DNA of 55,913 nucleotides. Source: Candidatus Poribacteria bacterium (GTDB lineage: Bacteria; Poribacteria; WGA-4E; PCPOR2b). Position 1 is the stretch's first letter. Every line of letters starts with the position of its first letter. The notes under the pieces are model-generated. The model saw only the letters and a list, made by a program, of their open reading frames with translations. It was not told the DNA's origin and did not search any database. The translations under genes and the position numbers were made by a program. Shown piece by piece: positions 28,326 through 37,702 of the stretch. Location of the stretch: NCBI GenBank assembly GCA_021295755.1, contig JAGWBT010000004.1, positions 1 to 55,913 on the forward strand, written 5' to 3'.

Positions 28326-29765
28326 TCAGTTGAATTGCTGGAGTTTTTGCTGTAGCCAGTGCGTCATCGGTCCCGGTGCCGGATCGCACACCTCAATCAT
28401 ACGCCCCGGTAGAGGTTGGCCAAGCAATCCTTCTACTTCCGTGCGGCAAGCATTGACCACAGTTGGATGATTCTCTGCTACATTATGGATTTCTGCGGGG
28501 TCATCTACCAAGTTGAAGAGTTCATCACCGTCCGAATCGTCATAACCGACGGCGGTGCAAAAGTTCCAGTGTTCATCTCTTACGCTCACGCGACCCCGTG
28601 CGTTGCCTGTTGCGAAATTTGCCCAACCAATTATGATTCGGTCGCGGATAGATGATTTTTCACCTGTCACCAGTTGCCAGAAGTCCACCCCGTCTGTCCA
28701 ATCACATGGAATGCCAAGCTGATGTAGCAAGGTCGGCATCAGATCGTGGTTCTGAACAAACGCATCAACCTCCTGGGCTTGTTGTCGTTCTGGATGGCGA
28801 ATCAACAGATTCAGTTGGGTATTGAATGGGTGCAGCTGGTCGGGACCTTTTCCGAAACGTCCTTGATCACGAAGTTGGGTGCCGTGGTCGGAGAGAACTA
28901 CCACCAGCGTGTCATCGCGTAGCTTTAACTCCTCTATTTTGGAGAGCAGGCGTCCAATACATTTGTCGACGAAGGTAACTTCGCCGAGGTAGAGCGCTTC
29001 GATCCTGCGGAGTTCATCTTCCGTTGGATCGCCCTGTTCAGATGCTGCGCCTGGCGTGATGAAGTCTTTGCCCGAATAGTCGGGGAGATATGCATCTGCA
29101 TAGCCGGGTGGTGGATCCCACGGCTCGTGTGGATCAAAGCTGTCTATCCATAGGAAGAACGGCCCTACCGTGTGATTATCGTCGAGCCATTCACAGGCGG
29201 ACCGAAATACACGAGCGCAGCTGTAATCATCTTCAGAGCGCCGATGTCGTTGATTGAGTAGGTAGTTGACCAAACCTGCGTGGCGCTGCCAGTCAATCGG
29301 TTCCCTGACGTGCTGTCTTAGTTGATCTTCAATCAGACGGGGATCGCCACTTCGCCAGTTGTCCGATTCCTGTCCTCTGATGAAGTCCAAGTGAGCAAAC
29401 CCGCGTGAGAAATTCATTGTAGGTTTGAACATGTGATAGGTATCGGCAATCAAGGCTGTCAGATAGCCTCTCTCTAGTAGGACTTCAGCGATTGTATCTT
29501 GCTCTGGAGGGATTTTATGCCAACCGGGTGCGTGGTGCCAATGTCCCCGGCGGTCGAAGTTGAATCGCCACGGAAAACTCCTCATTCCAGTGAACAGTCC
29601 ACGGCGAATCTGAAGTGTGGGTTGACCTTCCCCAAATGCCCGTGTGAACCGAATGCTTTCGGCTGCAAAGGCATCTAGGTTGGGCGTCTGTGTGTGGCTG
29701 TACTTTTTGCCGGAGCCGATGATATCGGCTCGAAATGTGTCTAAGCAAATGCAGATAATGTTCAT
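28326..29765 (-). CDS. Sulfatase-fold (alkaline phosphatase superfamily) hydrolase with Thr at the usual formylglycine position
   Basis: CLDTFRAD, TPNLD.FA, PTLQIRR.L.TG (in place of CxPxR), FDPHEPWDPP, SDHG, ELFNL.DDP.E..N. Confidence 0.85.
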   Translation of the reverse strand: MNIICICLDTFRADIIGSGKKYSHTQTPNLDAFAAESIRFTRAFGEGQPTLQIRRGLFTGMRSFPWRFNFDRRGHWHHAPGWHKIPPEQDTIAEVLLERGYLTALIADTYHMFKPTMNFSRGFAHLDFIRGQESDNWRSGDPRLIEDQLRQHVREPIDWQRHAGLVNYLLNQRHRRSEDDYSCARVFRSACEWLDDNHTVGPFFLWIDSFDPHEPWDPPPGYADAYLPDYSGKDFITPGAASEQGDPTEDELRRIEALYLGEVTFVDKCIGRLLSKIEELKLRDDTLVVVLSDHGTQLRDQGRFGKGPDQLHPFNTQLNLLIRHPERQQAQEVDAFVQNHDLMPTLLHQLGIPCDWTDGVDFWQLVTGEKSSIRDRIIIGWANFATGNARGRVSVRDEHWNFCTAVGYDDSDGDELFNLVDDPAEIHNVAENHPTVVNACRTEVEGLLGQPLPGRMIEVCDPAPGPMTHWLQQKLQQFN

Positions 29766-29771
29766 TTTATG

Positions 29772-30596
29772 CTATGAGACCTCCTCCCATGCACGGCGAA
29801 CGAAGGGGACAGCTTTTTCAAATCCGGCTTCTCCTGTACGACTTGCCTCCTCAATACTTAACCAGCCATCGTAGCCGTTTCGTTTCAGAATGGAGAAAAC
29901 CTGTTTGATAGGTGATGCTCCCGTGCCAACAAGGACGGTCTCGAATTCACCTGGGGTACGGATGTCAAACACATGAACAACTTCCACTCGGTCTATCACG
30001 GCTTCTAGCAGCGCTATTGGATCTTCTCGGAGAACAAGCGAATTTGCGGTGTCAAAGCAGACCTTGAGAGACGTATCCGCAAGGCTGTTGAGAATTTCTA
30101 GGAAAATATCGCTAGGTTGTGAGAAGTCCCAATAGTGCCAGGGAGCACCTTTTGTGTGATTTTCGTAGACTAAAGTTACCCCCAACTTATCTGCTTCATC
30201 GACGACTTGACGGAGTCCATCCACTGCCCATCGGATTCCTTCTGACCGATCCGTGCCGGGGTGATTCTGTCCGGCGGTTACGCGGGCGTATTTGGCGCCA
30301 AGTGCCGCTGTCAGTTGTATGTCTGCTTTCATCTGTTCTATTTCTAGTGCGCGTTGATCTGCGTCCGGATGTGTAAAATCAGGATAACACGCCACAGCGC
30401 AAAACTCAATACCAATCTTTTGCCCTTCCTCAGAGATTGCATTAAGGGTATCCTCATCTCGGCTCGGGAAGAATTTTATGCTGAAGTCAACTCCCTCCAG
30501 CCCTAGAGTATTGGCGAAACGGATCCAATCAATGACTGATTTTTCACCGCTAAAAATATCTTCGTAGAGCGAAACGGGTATACAGCTTAGTTTCAT
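29772..30596 (-). CDS. Sugar phosphate isomerase/epimerase, TIM barrel
   Basis: LVYENH, FDTAN, VHVFD, VGTG, YDGWLSIEE. Confidence 0.85.
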   Translation of the reverse strand: MKLSCIPVSLYEDIFSGEKSVIDWIRFANTLGLEGVDFSIKFFPSRDEDTLNAISEEGQKIGIEFCAVACYPDFTHPDADQRALEIEQMKADIQLTAALGAKYARVTAGQNHPGTDRSEGIRWAVDGLRQVVDEADKLGVTLVYENHTKGAPWHYWDFSQPSDIFLEILNSLADTSLKVCFDTANSLVLREDPIALLEAVIDRVEVVHVFDIRTPGEFETVLVGTGASPIKQVFSILKRNGYDGWLSIEEASRTGEAGFEKAVPFVRRAWEEVS

Positions 30597-30641
30597 GGTT
30601 ACACCTTCGTTTCCGTTAAATTTGATAAAAAGACAAGCGGG

Positions 30642-32618
30642 CTAGGGGAAAAATTGGTATAAAGGTGTATTGGTTAGAATACTCAAAATTCCCCAGATGT
30701 TGCTTAACAGATAATCTCCCAACGCCAACCCCAAAAAGCAGGGGATAGCGCGTCGATAGGCATTGAGACCCCCATAGCGCAGGATGACTGCCTTCAACGC
30801 CCAAGCGACGAATAGGCAACTCCATAGATTGTACATCCCCCAACTATCCGCCATTGCATAGCCGAGGGGGTGGAGCGACCACCACAAGAAACGCCCTCTC
30901 AGCAACATCAGGACTACCGCTATACCGAGTCCGCCACCCATGAAGGCAAGCGCGGGTTCATCTCGCTCTTGAGGGGAGTTCAGCCAGCTTTCAAGTCGGT
31001 GATAAATCCAGCCCCGTCCTGTGGTTGGGCCCATGTAGTATCCCGATTCGGCACCGTGTCGATAGTAGTTGTCCAACAAAAGCCAGTACGTTGCGATTGC
31101 CCCAATGAGTGTTGCGAGCACGATGGCGATGACGATATGGCGGGGATTAATATTTCGCCGTTCCGAAATCTTGAAGGCTTCCAGTTGCTGCGGCATCAGG
31201 TTGGTACGGTTTGCGAAAGTGACGTGCATGTACAACGTAAAAACGGTGAGGGCACCAGCACCGAGTCGGCGTGTCCCGAAGGCGTCGATAATCATATGAT
31301 GCGGATCGACACCATTTTGAAAATCGTGGCACAGGAATCCCATTTCCGCACGCAGCCGCGCAATCATCGTCCCCAGTAAGAAGTAAATCCCAAAGAATAG
31401 TGGTATTACCCATAGGGGCATACCTGCTTTATAGGAAAAGACTGTTAAGAAAATCGTGCCAAAGACCACACACGCAAATGCCAACCGATACCGCATCGGC
31501 TCATGGGAGTCATCCAGTTGTGACGTGGATGTGGTACTGCTGAACAGATGGCGTCCTAATCTTGTAAAATGCGCCCTTCCTGTCCACAATGCAACCGCGA
31601 ATAGCCCAATATACACGCCGAAACTCTGTTCAGCGATATAGGGGAAGCGTGGTAACCCCTGCCAACCCATGATATTACCGACCATCAACTCAATTTTGAA
31701 AACCCAGTAAAACACCCAACACGAAAGCAGGAGGTCAAGCGGCATAAGAAAGCTGATACCGATGACGAAGGGGTAGAAAGAGAGCCTTACGCTGCCCATC
31801 GCGTTCCAAGGTCGCTCCGTGAAAAACTGATGGATGTTCTGACGTTTGACGGGGATGTAGGGGAACGCGGGGTAGATTGAATTGAGCAGGTTTTCGATAC
31901 TGATTAAGGCAGCGATACCGAAGCCAAGCCACATCAGTCTGTTTTTAAAGAAGCTAGACCTAGGATTGGTCATCTCCAACGGGAGTTGAATCAGTGGATA
32001 TGTCAATCGCTCGTGTTCCGTCCACTGCTTTCGCAACAGGGTGGTGAGTCCCAACATCACAACCATCAGTGCAAATAGGAAGGCGATCCAAGCAACGCCG
32101 GGGATGAGCCATGCCTTAAAATACCCCTCTTCGTAGAGAGTTGTACCTCCTTTATAAAATGGTGTCAGGGCTTTTTCATCCCGCACGGTAAGCCATTCGG
32201 GAAGGTGCTTGAAAAGCAGTTCTCGCCAGCCGTTTTCGGGGGTTGCAAACCGAAACGGATGTCCCAAAATCGGGACTAAGATCTCCATCATGTCATACGA
32301 ACAGAGGCAGGAAACGAACCCCAACATGATGTAGATGGTGAGAAGCTCCTGCTGAGAGAGACCGAGCGTTGGAGAGATTTTAACAAGTATATGCCGAATC
32401 AGCAGGAGCCAAAAAATGACGAAAATGACATTTGAAAACGGGTGAATAATTGTCGGGAAAGTATAGCGGACGACCTCAAGTTCGATTAGCCAATACGCAG
32501 TGATTGGTATGAGTAGTAGGGTGATTAGACAGGATTTAAGCGTTAAGCCACTTTGGAAGGTGATGGACGTGTCTTTCGTTGGGCTATCGCTTCGCATTGT
32601 CAAAAAATGGGCCTTCAA
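30642..32618 (-). CDS. Large polytopic membrane protein, DUF6785/OPT-like putative transporter
   Basis: LRKQW..HERL.YPL.QLP, RLRAEMG, WW.LHPLGY, P.FLGL.LGD; many hydrophobic segments; possible start at 32597. Confidence 0.7.
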   Translation of the reverse strand: MKAHFLTMRSDSPTKDTSITFQSGLTLKSCLITLLLIPITAYWLIELEVVRYTFPTIIHPFSNVIFVIFWLLLIRHILVKISPTLGLSQQELLTIYIMLGFVSCLCSYDMMEILVPILGHPFRFATPENGWRELLFKHLPEWLTVRDEKALTPFYKGGTTLYEEGYFKAWLIPGVAWIAFLFALMVVMLGLTTLLRKQWTEHERLTYPLIQLPLEMTNPRSSFFKNRLMWLGFGIAALISIENLLNSIYPAFPYIPVKRQNIHQFFTERPWNAMGSVRLSFYPFVIGISFLMPLDLLLSCWVFYWVFKIELMVGNIMGWQGLPRFPYIAEQSFGVYIGLFAVALWTGRAHFTRLGRHLFSSTTSTSQLDDSHEPMRYRLAFACVVFGTIFLTVFSYKAGMPLWVIPLFFGIYFLLGTMIARLRAEMGFLCHDFQNGVDPHHMIIDAFGTRRLGAGALTVFTLYMHVTFANRTNLMPQQLEAFKISERRNINPRHIVIAIVLATLIGAIATYWLLLDNYYRHGAESGYYMGPTTGRGWIYHRLESWLNSPQERDEPALAFMGGGLGIAVVLMLLRGRFLWWSLHPLGYAMADSWGMYNLWSCLFVAWALKAVILRYGGLNAYRRAIPCFLGLALGDYLLSNIWGILSILTNTPLYQFFP

Positions 32619-32712
32619 TGAATCACTGCTTTTTGCCTCGAAGATGCGCTATACCGCGCCGTTATTGGTGATACGACAATTCCGTTCTGGGAAAGTGGAG
32701 TGTGCCTTACAA

Positions 32713-33114
32713 CTATGTCCCACCGCAACCGATCTCGGCGATTGCTTCGACCTCGACAAGCAGGTCGCTGTTCACCAATGTTGGCGTGGCGACCGTGGCG
32801 CTAGCCGGAATGTTGTTTGGGAATGTCTCTGTACGCGCGGCTGCGTACTCTGCGTAGCGGCTCATATCGGTAAGAAAGGCGGTGATTTTTACCACGTCCT
32901 CCATAGTTGCGCCGGCTTCAGCGAGGACCGATTGAACATTGACGAAAACTTGTCGCGCCTGTGCCCCCATGTCGTCCCCGCCAACTAAATTGCCCTGTGG
33001 ATCGAAGGCGACCTGTCCTGATACATATACGGTGTTTCCTACCTGTACTCCTTGGGCTATTCGGAATTGGCTCGCCCAAGGCCAGGGTGGATTCAGTTCA
33101 ACTCGGTCTGGCAT
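32713..33114 (-). CDS. RidA/YjgF-family enamine/imine deaminase
   Basis: Likely start 33114 (AAGGAG upstream); VYVSGQVA, QARQVF.NV..VL..AG..M.DVVK, PASA.V.T..L...LLVEVEAIA. Confidence 0.85.
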   Translation of the reverse strand: MPDRVELNPPWPWASQFRIAQGVQVGNTVYVSGQVAFDPQGNLVGGDDMGAQARQVFVNVQSVLAEAGATMEDVVKITAFLTDMSRYAEYAAARTETFPNNIPASATVATPTLVNSDLLVEVEAIAEIGCGGT

Positions 33115-33187
33115 TTTATGGCTCCTTATATTTGGGTTGGTAGTTTTGTTTGTTGAAGACTGGATACAGACGGGACGGCTCAAGGTT

Positions 33188-33283
33188 CTTTGTTGTGTGG
33201 GATGTTATCACAAATTCGAGTGTAAGGCTACGAAAAACTTTTGGTGACAAATCTGGTGAGATGTGCTTTGTTGTGTGGGATGT
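33188..33283. repeat. Exact 18-bp direct repeat upstream of the RidA gene
   Basis: ctttgttgtgtgggatgt at 33188-33205 and 33266-33283; partial third copy gtgggatg at 33291-33298. Confidence 0.8.
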
Positions 33284-33390
33284 AAATTGAGTGGGATGAA
33301 ATCTTGATCTACTGAGAGACGTGTCGGTTCACTGGGGCTTTAGGTGGCAAATTGCGTTAAAATAAACCCTTACCAAGAATCCACTATTCC

Positions 33391-33418
33391 GTAGGGAACA
33401 ACGATCGTTGTTCCCTAC
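33391..33418. repeat. Perfect 28-bp GTAG-REP palindrome
   Basis: gtagggaacaacgatcgttgttccctac; 26/28 identical to 26719-26746. Confidence 0.85.
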
Positions 33419-33447
33419 ATCAAAGATCTGGTTTCGTTACATCGCAT

Positions 33448-34722
33448 TTACCGGGGCTGATTGACCGTAATAAAAACGGCGTTGAGGACATCACGTTCAC
33501 TCTGTCCGGAGGGCCGATTGACGATTTTTCCATCGACCACGAAGGTGCTTGATGAGCCGCCGTCCAGATTAATTGCCTCTTTTGCGCCGAATTCGATAAG
33601 GAGGCTCGCGAGTCGATATAGGGATAATCCGGTGCTATAATCCGCCCTTCGCCCGTCCACGACAATCAGAATCAACTTCTGTTCATTGTAGCCGAGGGCT
33701 GTGCGTGGTTCGTAGCTCAACGCCAAGTCGCGCTGCCGTTTTCCGGGGGTGTGATTTTTCTGGGCGTGGTGATGCTTTTCTAGGATTTCGTTCACCCGTC
33801 CACTTTTCACAAGTCGGATTCGACCGCCGATTGCTTGAATTGCGCGATTCCAGATAGCTGGCTTGAGCTCAATTTCGATCTTTCCGTGTTTTCCTGCACT
33901 TAACTGTGTCTCCAACTTTTTGTCGATTCGTGAGCGGAAGGAGATGACTACACCGTTTTCGGGAATCGGGTTGTTACCACCTTTCCCAAACCGATCAATA
34001 ACAAACTCGCTCTCGTATTTAGGTGTGATTGGCAAATTGAATCCAGTTAAGGTAATTTCATAAGCGCGCTTACGATTCGTGTGTGTGGAGTCGCCCATGC
34101 GGGGAGTATAAAGGATGGATTGGCAGCCATCGAGGAATCTTTGGTTGATGCACTCCAGTGGGAAGTTATATGTCCCGATGGTCACGGCAGCTTCCATTTG
34201 GACGGGCCCAATCAAGAATTCGCCATCTGATGTTACGCCGAAACACGCCTCTCTATCCGAAGCAGGCTGCGTCAACAACTCCCCGGCTTGGATATGTAGA
34301 TTTTCCAACGCGCCTCCATATCCTCTCATATCACCGAGAACGCCAAATCCACCGTTGATGGCGACCAAGACGCGGCGGTCACCACGCTGTGAGCGTCGAT
34401 GTGCGATGGAACTGACGGTTTCCTTGCCTAGGATCTGGTCCCTGGCGATTGCTGCTTCAAAATGGAGGTCGATATGGGAGCGATCCATTTCGGCGACGTA
34501 GATGACACACCCCTCCTCGCGCCAATCGTACCGATAGATATGGACGCCCGGATGCAGATCGCTAAACAGATTTGTACGATGGATAGCTGCTTGGACGGAT
34601 TGACCGGTAATCACAAAAAGGCAGATGCTGAGAATGAAACCTGAAACGTGGAACGTGAAATCCCGGTAGGTTGGATCCGTCTGTGATGTCTGATGGAAGG
34701 AGGGGATTACGGGGTTAGCCAT
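33448..34722 (-). CDS. Phosphodiester glycosidase (NAGPA/DUF2233) family exported protein
   Basis: VAINGGF, PRTALG, VVDGR....S.G, A.NLDGGSSST; likely start 34722, overlapping the folB stop. Confidence 0.8.
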   Translation of the reverse strand: MANPVIPSFHQTSQTDPTYRDFTFHVSGFILSICLFVITGQSVQAAIHRTNLFSDLHPGVHIYRYDWREEGCVIYVAEMDRSHIDLHFEAAIARDQILGKETVSSIAHRRSQRGDRRVLVAINGGFGVLGDMRGYGGALENLHIQAGELLTQPASDREACFGVTSDGEFLIGPVQMEAAVTIGTYNFPLECINQRFLDGCQSILYTPRMGDSTHTNRKRAYEITLTGFNLPITPKYESEFVIDRFGKGGNNPIPENGVVISFRSRIDKKLETQLSAGKHGKIEIELKPAIWNRAIQAIGGRIRLVKSGRVNEILEKHHHAQKNHTPGKRQRDLALSYEPRTALGYNEQKLILIVVDGRRADYSTGLSLYRLASLLIEFGAKEAINLDGGSSSTFVVDGKIVNRPSGQSERDVLNAVFITVNQPR

Positions 34723-35083
34723 TTGGCTTTCGCTTTCTATGGATTTCGACGCCTGCATAGGTGAGGGTTGGTGCGATGGGAGGTGATAATTTTTTGACGG
34801 TTATTCGGGCTTCCTCGATTTGGAATTGAGCGAGGATTGCCTCCGCAATCGTTTCGGCGAGGGTTTCAAAGAGTTGGAATGACTGCTGGGTTCCAATTTC
34901 AATTGCCAGTTGGACAATTTGGGCGTAGTCGATTGTGCGGGTGAGGTCATCGGTTTTGCCGGCGTCGGAGAGATCGGTCATCAGCTCAAGGTCTATTTCA
35001 TACTTCTGCCCAAGCTGACGCTCTGCTTCTGCGACGCCGTGATAGCCGTGAAATTGAATGCCTTTGAGAATGATTTTGTCCAT
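34715..35083 (-). CDS. folB: Dihydroneopterin aldolase
   Basis: MDKIILKGIQFHGYHGV..AER.LGQ.Y.IDL, TIDY..I, LFETLAE, VKK..PP. Confidence 0.95.
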   Translation of the reverse strand: MDKIILKGIQFHGYHGVAEAERQLGQKYEIDLELMTDLSDAGKTDDLTRTIDYAQIVQLAIEIGTQQSFQLFETLAETIAEAILAQFQIEEARITVKKLSPPIAPTLTYAGVEIHRKRKPNG

Positions 35084-36217
35084 TACTTCAGTATCAACAT
35101 CCGCCGTGTGGCGGAAAAGCCTCCCGCCGTCAGGGTGTAAAAGTACACACCACTTGCCACCGGCTTACCCAATCCGTTTTTTCCAGCCCAGTAGATTGCC
35201 CTTGACCGACTTTCGTAGGCCGATGCGATCCGATGCCCAACATCCAGCGTGCAGACAACCTGACCGCTTAGGTCATAGATGGTCAAGGTGACGAAAGCAT
35301 CCTCAGCTAGCCGATACGGTATCCACGTCTCTGGGTTAAAGGGATTTGGAAAGTTTGCTAGTAGTTCCGTCTCCCTTGGAGTTAAGAATACCAAGAGCTG
35401 TTCAAGCACCAGAACTCCTCGTTTCATGAGGGGATACCTAACCTGAAGTGCTCTCGCGTCAGTCAGCCACCCTTGAACTTCTACCGCTGTGGGTATTTCA
35501 GGCACTTGTGATTGTGCTGATGGCGCGGCTGCCTCTTCCTCAAACATGCCCGCAGCTAATACCAGATCCAGAATACTGACAACCCCATCTCGGTTGACAT
35601 CTGCATCATTCTGCCTAGACTGCCCGAAATTGGATGCAATCAAGATGAGGTCTAGGACATTCACAACACCGTCGTTGTTGACATCTGCTATAATCGGTGG
35701 TGCTTCCGTATCGGAGATGGCGTGGAAGGTCGCTGGCACCTCAATTCCAGCGGCAGATTGGTCCTAGTGTGAGTGTGGTCTCTGCTATACTGGTGTGATC
35801 GGTTAGGGCGCGGGGCACACTAAATGTTCCACCGCCCGCGGTGACTGCAAACGTGATGGGCAGCCCGCTAAGCGGAAAACCATCGTCTAAGTTTCGCACG
35901 GCGACAGCAAAGGGAAGGGGTAACGGTGTATTGGGCACGCCTATTATGGGATGCGCTTCAGAACGCACTTTCCAATCTTCGGGTTTGGGCGCATAGATAC
36001 GACCGATAAAGTCTCTGGGACTTTTTTTTGTTGGTGGTCCCGCAGATACCTGTTGGGCAGAGATAAAAAAGTCAGTGATTGGCGGGGATATTCTGTCAAA
36101 CAGATCACCTGAAATCGCGCTGTCATCCATATCCAACTGGGCAGTGGATACCCTCATGGGCAGCAATAGAGGAGAAAGCAGTAGGAGTGTAAACGCCCAA
36201 AGTCGCAGTTTTTTCAT
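35083..36217 (-). pseudogene. Frameshifted secreted protein: signal peptide, Ig-like domain, dockerin-like repeat, T9SS-CTD/FlgD-Ig-like C-terminal domain
   Basis: Track ORFs 35741..36313 and 35083..35739 join at about 35755: ...TLTLGP|SAAGIEVPATFHA; DVNNDGVVNVLDL...DVNRDGVVSILDL; LLANFPNPFNPETWIPY...GVYFYTL.AG.FSATRRM.ILK; likely start ATG 36217. Confidence 0.75.
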
Positions 36218-36296
36218 ATTTTGCACGGTTTGTTTTAAGGACAACACAAACAAGACTTTAATTTGTTGAATACCGATTGAGACGATCGTTTTTGCG

Positions 36297-36527
36297 CTAA
36301 GCAGGGCGTACACTTGGTTCTTCTATCAGGGCAGCTTCGAGAGCCATGTCTAAAAAAGCGATGGCTTGTGCACGCTTGACTGTAGGAAAGCCATCCAGAA
36401 AACGTTCCAAGGAGTCCCCTGCTTTAAGGTAATCAATCAATATCGCGACGGGCACACACGTACCGGCAAAGACGGGCATTCCACTGACGATCTCTTCATC
36501 ACATGTAATAATCTGTTCTTTTTTTAT
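36297..36527 (-). pseudogene. Orphan DUF433-type antitoxin with ATA at the start position
   Basis: ATA-KKEQIITCDEEIVSGMPVFAGTCVPV..LIDYLKAGDSLE.FLDGFPTV; no recognisable PIN toxin downstream. Confidence 0.7.
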
Positions 36528-36546
36528 GAGATTTAACTTTTCTAAT

Positions 36547-36574
36547 CGTGGCGGGGCAAGATGCCCCGCCTACG
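36547..36574. repeat. GTAG-REP hairpin
   Basis: Reverse complement cgtaggcggggcatcttgccccgccacg. Confidence 0.65.
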
Positions 36575-36614
36575 GGGTTGAGTTTGTTTTCTTTTTCAAA
36601 CAGGTTCTAAAATC

Positions 36615-37676
36615 CTACCAATCCTCATCGTAGAAAGAGGTGCTTGGATAGCTGTAGGTGTTGCCTTCGTAGTTTTTCAACTGGATTTCATCATCGTCGA
36701 ACGACACGACTGGATCTGGGATGAGCGCGATTTTTCCACCGCCGCCGGGGGCATCAACCACATAGTGTGGTACACCGAGCCCAGAGATATGCCCGCGCAA
36801 TGCGGAGACAATTTCCAGGCCTGTTTTGATGGACGTGCGGAAGTGATCTGTTCCGTAAACGAGGTCTGCCTGATAGATATAGTAGGGTCTGACGCGGATT
36901 TTGAGGAGTTTCTTCATCAAATCAACCATGACCGCGGGATCGTCGTTGACGCCTTTGAGCAGGACTGCCTGATTGCCGACAGGGATACCGGCATCTACTA
37001 ACATGCCACACGCTTTCTCAGTTTCCGGCGTAACTTCTCGCGGGTGATTGAAGTGGGTGTTAATATAAAAAGGGTGGTACTGTTTGAGAATCGCACATAA
37101 CTCCGGCGTGATACGTTGTGGTAAAGTGACTGGAACACGCGAACCGATTCGGATAATTTCAAGGTGTTCAATGGCGCGGAGACTGCCGACGATATAATCG
37201 ATCTTCCGATCCGTCAGCATCAACGAATCCCCCCCGGAGATAATTACGTCACGGATTTCAGGGTGACTTCGGATATAGTCCAAGCCCATTTCGATATTGT
37301 TGTCGGGGATGGAATCCGGATCTCCCACTTTACGCTTTCGAGTGCAGAATCGGCAGTAGATCGGGCACATGTAATTGACGTAAAACAGCACCCGATCCGG
37401 ATAGCGATGCGTGACGTTGGGGACAAGGCTATCATCTTCTTCGCCGAGTGGATCGTCTTCTTCAAAACCGGTTCGGATCAGTTCCTTTGGGTCTGGGACA
37501 ACCTGTTTCCAGATCGGGTCTCCCGGCTCCTCGATCAGGCTTAAATAGTAAGGGTTGATACGGATAGGAAATACTTCGTGAACGCGCTTTATCTCGTCGA
37601 GATCTACATCGAAAATAGCAGCAAGTTTTTCAGGTGTATTGACGGTATCCCGAACGAGCTTTTTCCATTCTTCCAT
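36615..37676 (-). CDS. KamA-family radical SAM/PLP 2,3-aminomutase (lysine 2,3-aminomutase-like)
   Basis: HRYPDRVL, CPIYCRFCTRKR, ISGGD.L, RIGSRVPV..PQRIT, THFNHP.E, NQAVLL.GVND, DAPGGGGKI (PLP Lys). Confidence 0.9.
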   Translation of the reverse strand: MEEWKKLVRDTVNTPEKLAAIFDVDLDEIKRVHEVFPIRINPYYLSLIEEPGDPIWKQVVPDPKELIRTGFEEDDPLGEEDDSLVPNVTHRYPDRVLFYVNYMCPIYCRFCTRKRKVGDPDSIPDNNIEMGLDYIRSHPEIRDVIISGGDSLMLTDRKIDYIVGSLRAIEHLEIIRIGSRVPVTLPQRITPELCAILKQYHPFYINTHFNHPREVTPETEKACGMLVDAGIPVGNQAVLLKGVNDDPAVMVDLMKKLLKIRVRPYYIYQADLVYGTDHFRTSIKTGLEIVSALRGHISGLGVPHYVVDAPGGGGKIALIPDPVVSFDDDEIQLKNYEGNTYSYPSTSFYDEDW

Positions 37677-37702
37677 GAGATTTATTTGCCTTTCTCGTAA
37701 AG

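Noticed and set aside
36218-36313. ORF start MYALLSAK... as a PIN/DUF5615 toxin after DUF433
   Set aside because: It lacks the LLDEN-type motif and simply extends the frame of the downstream secreted protein.
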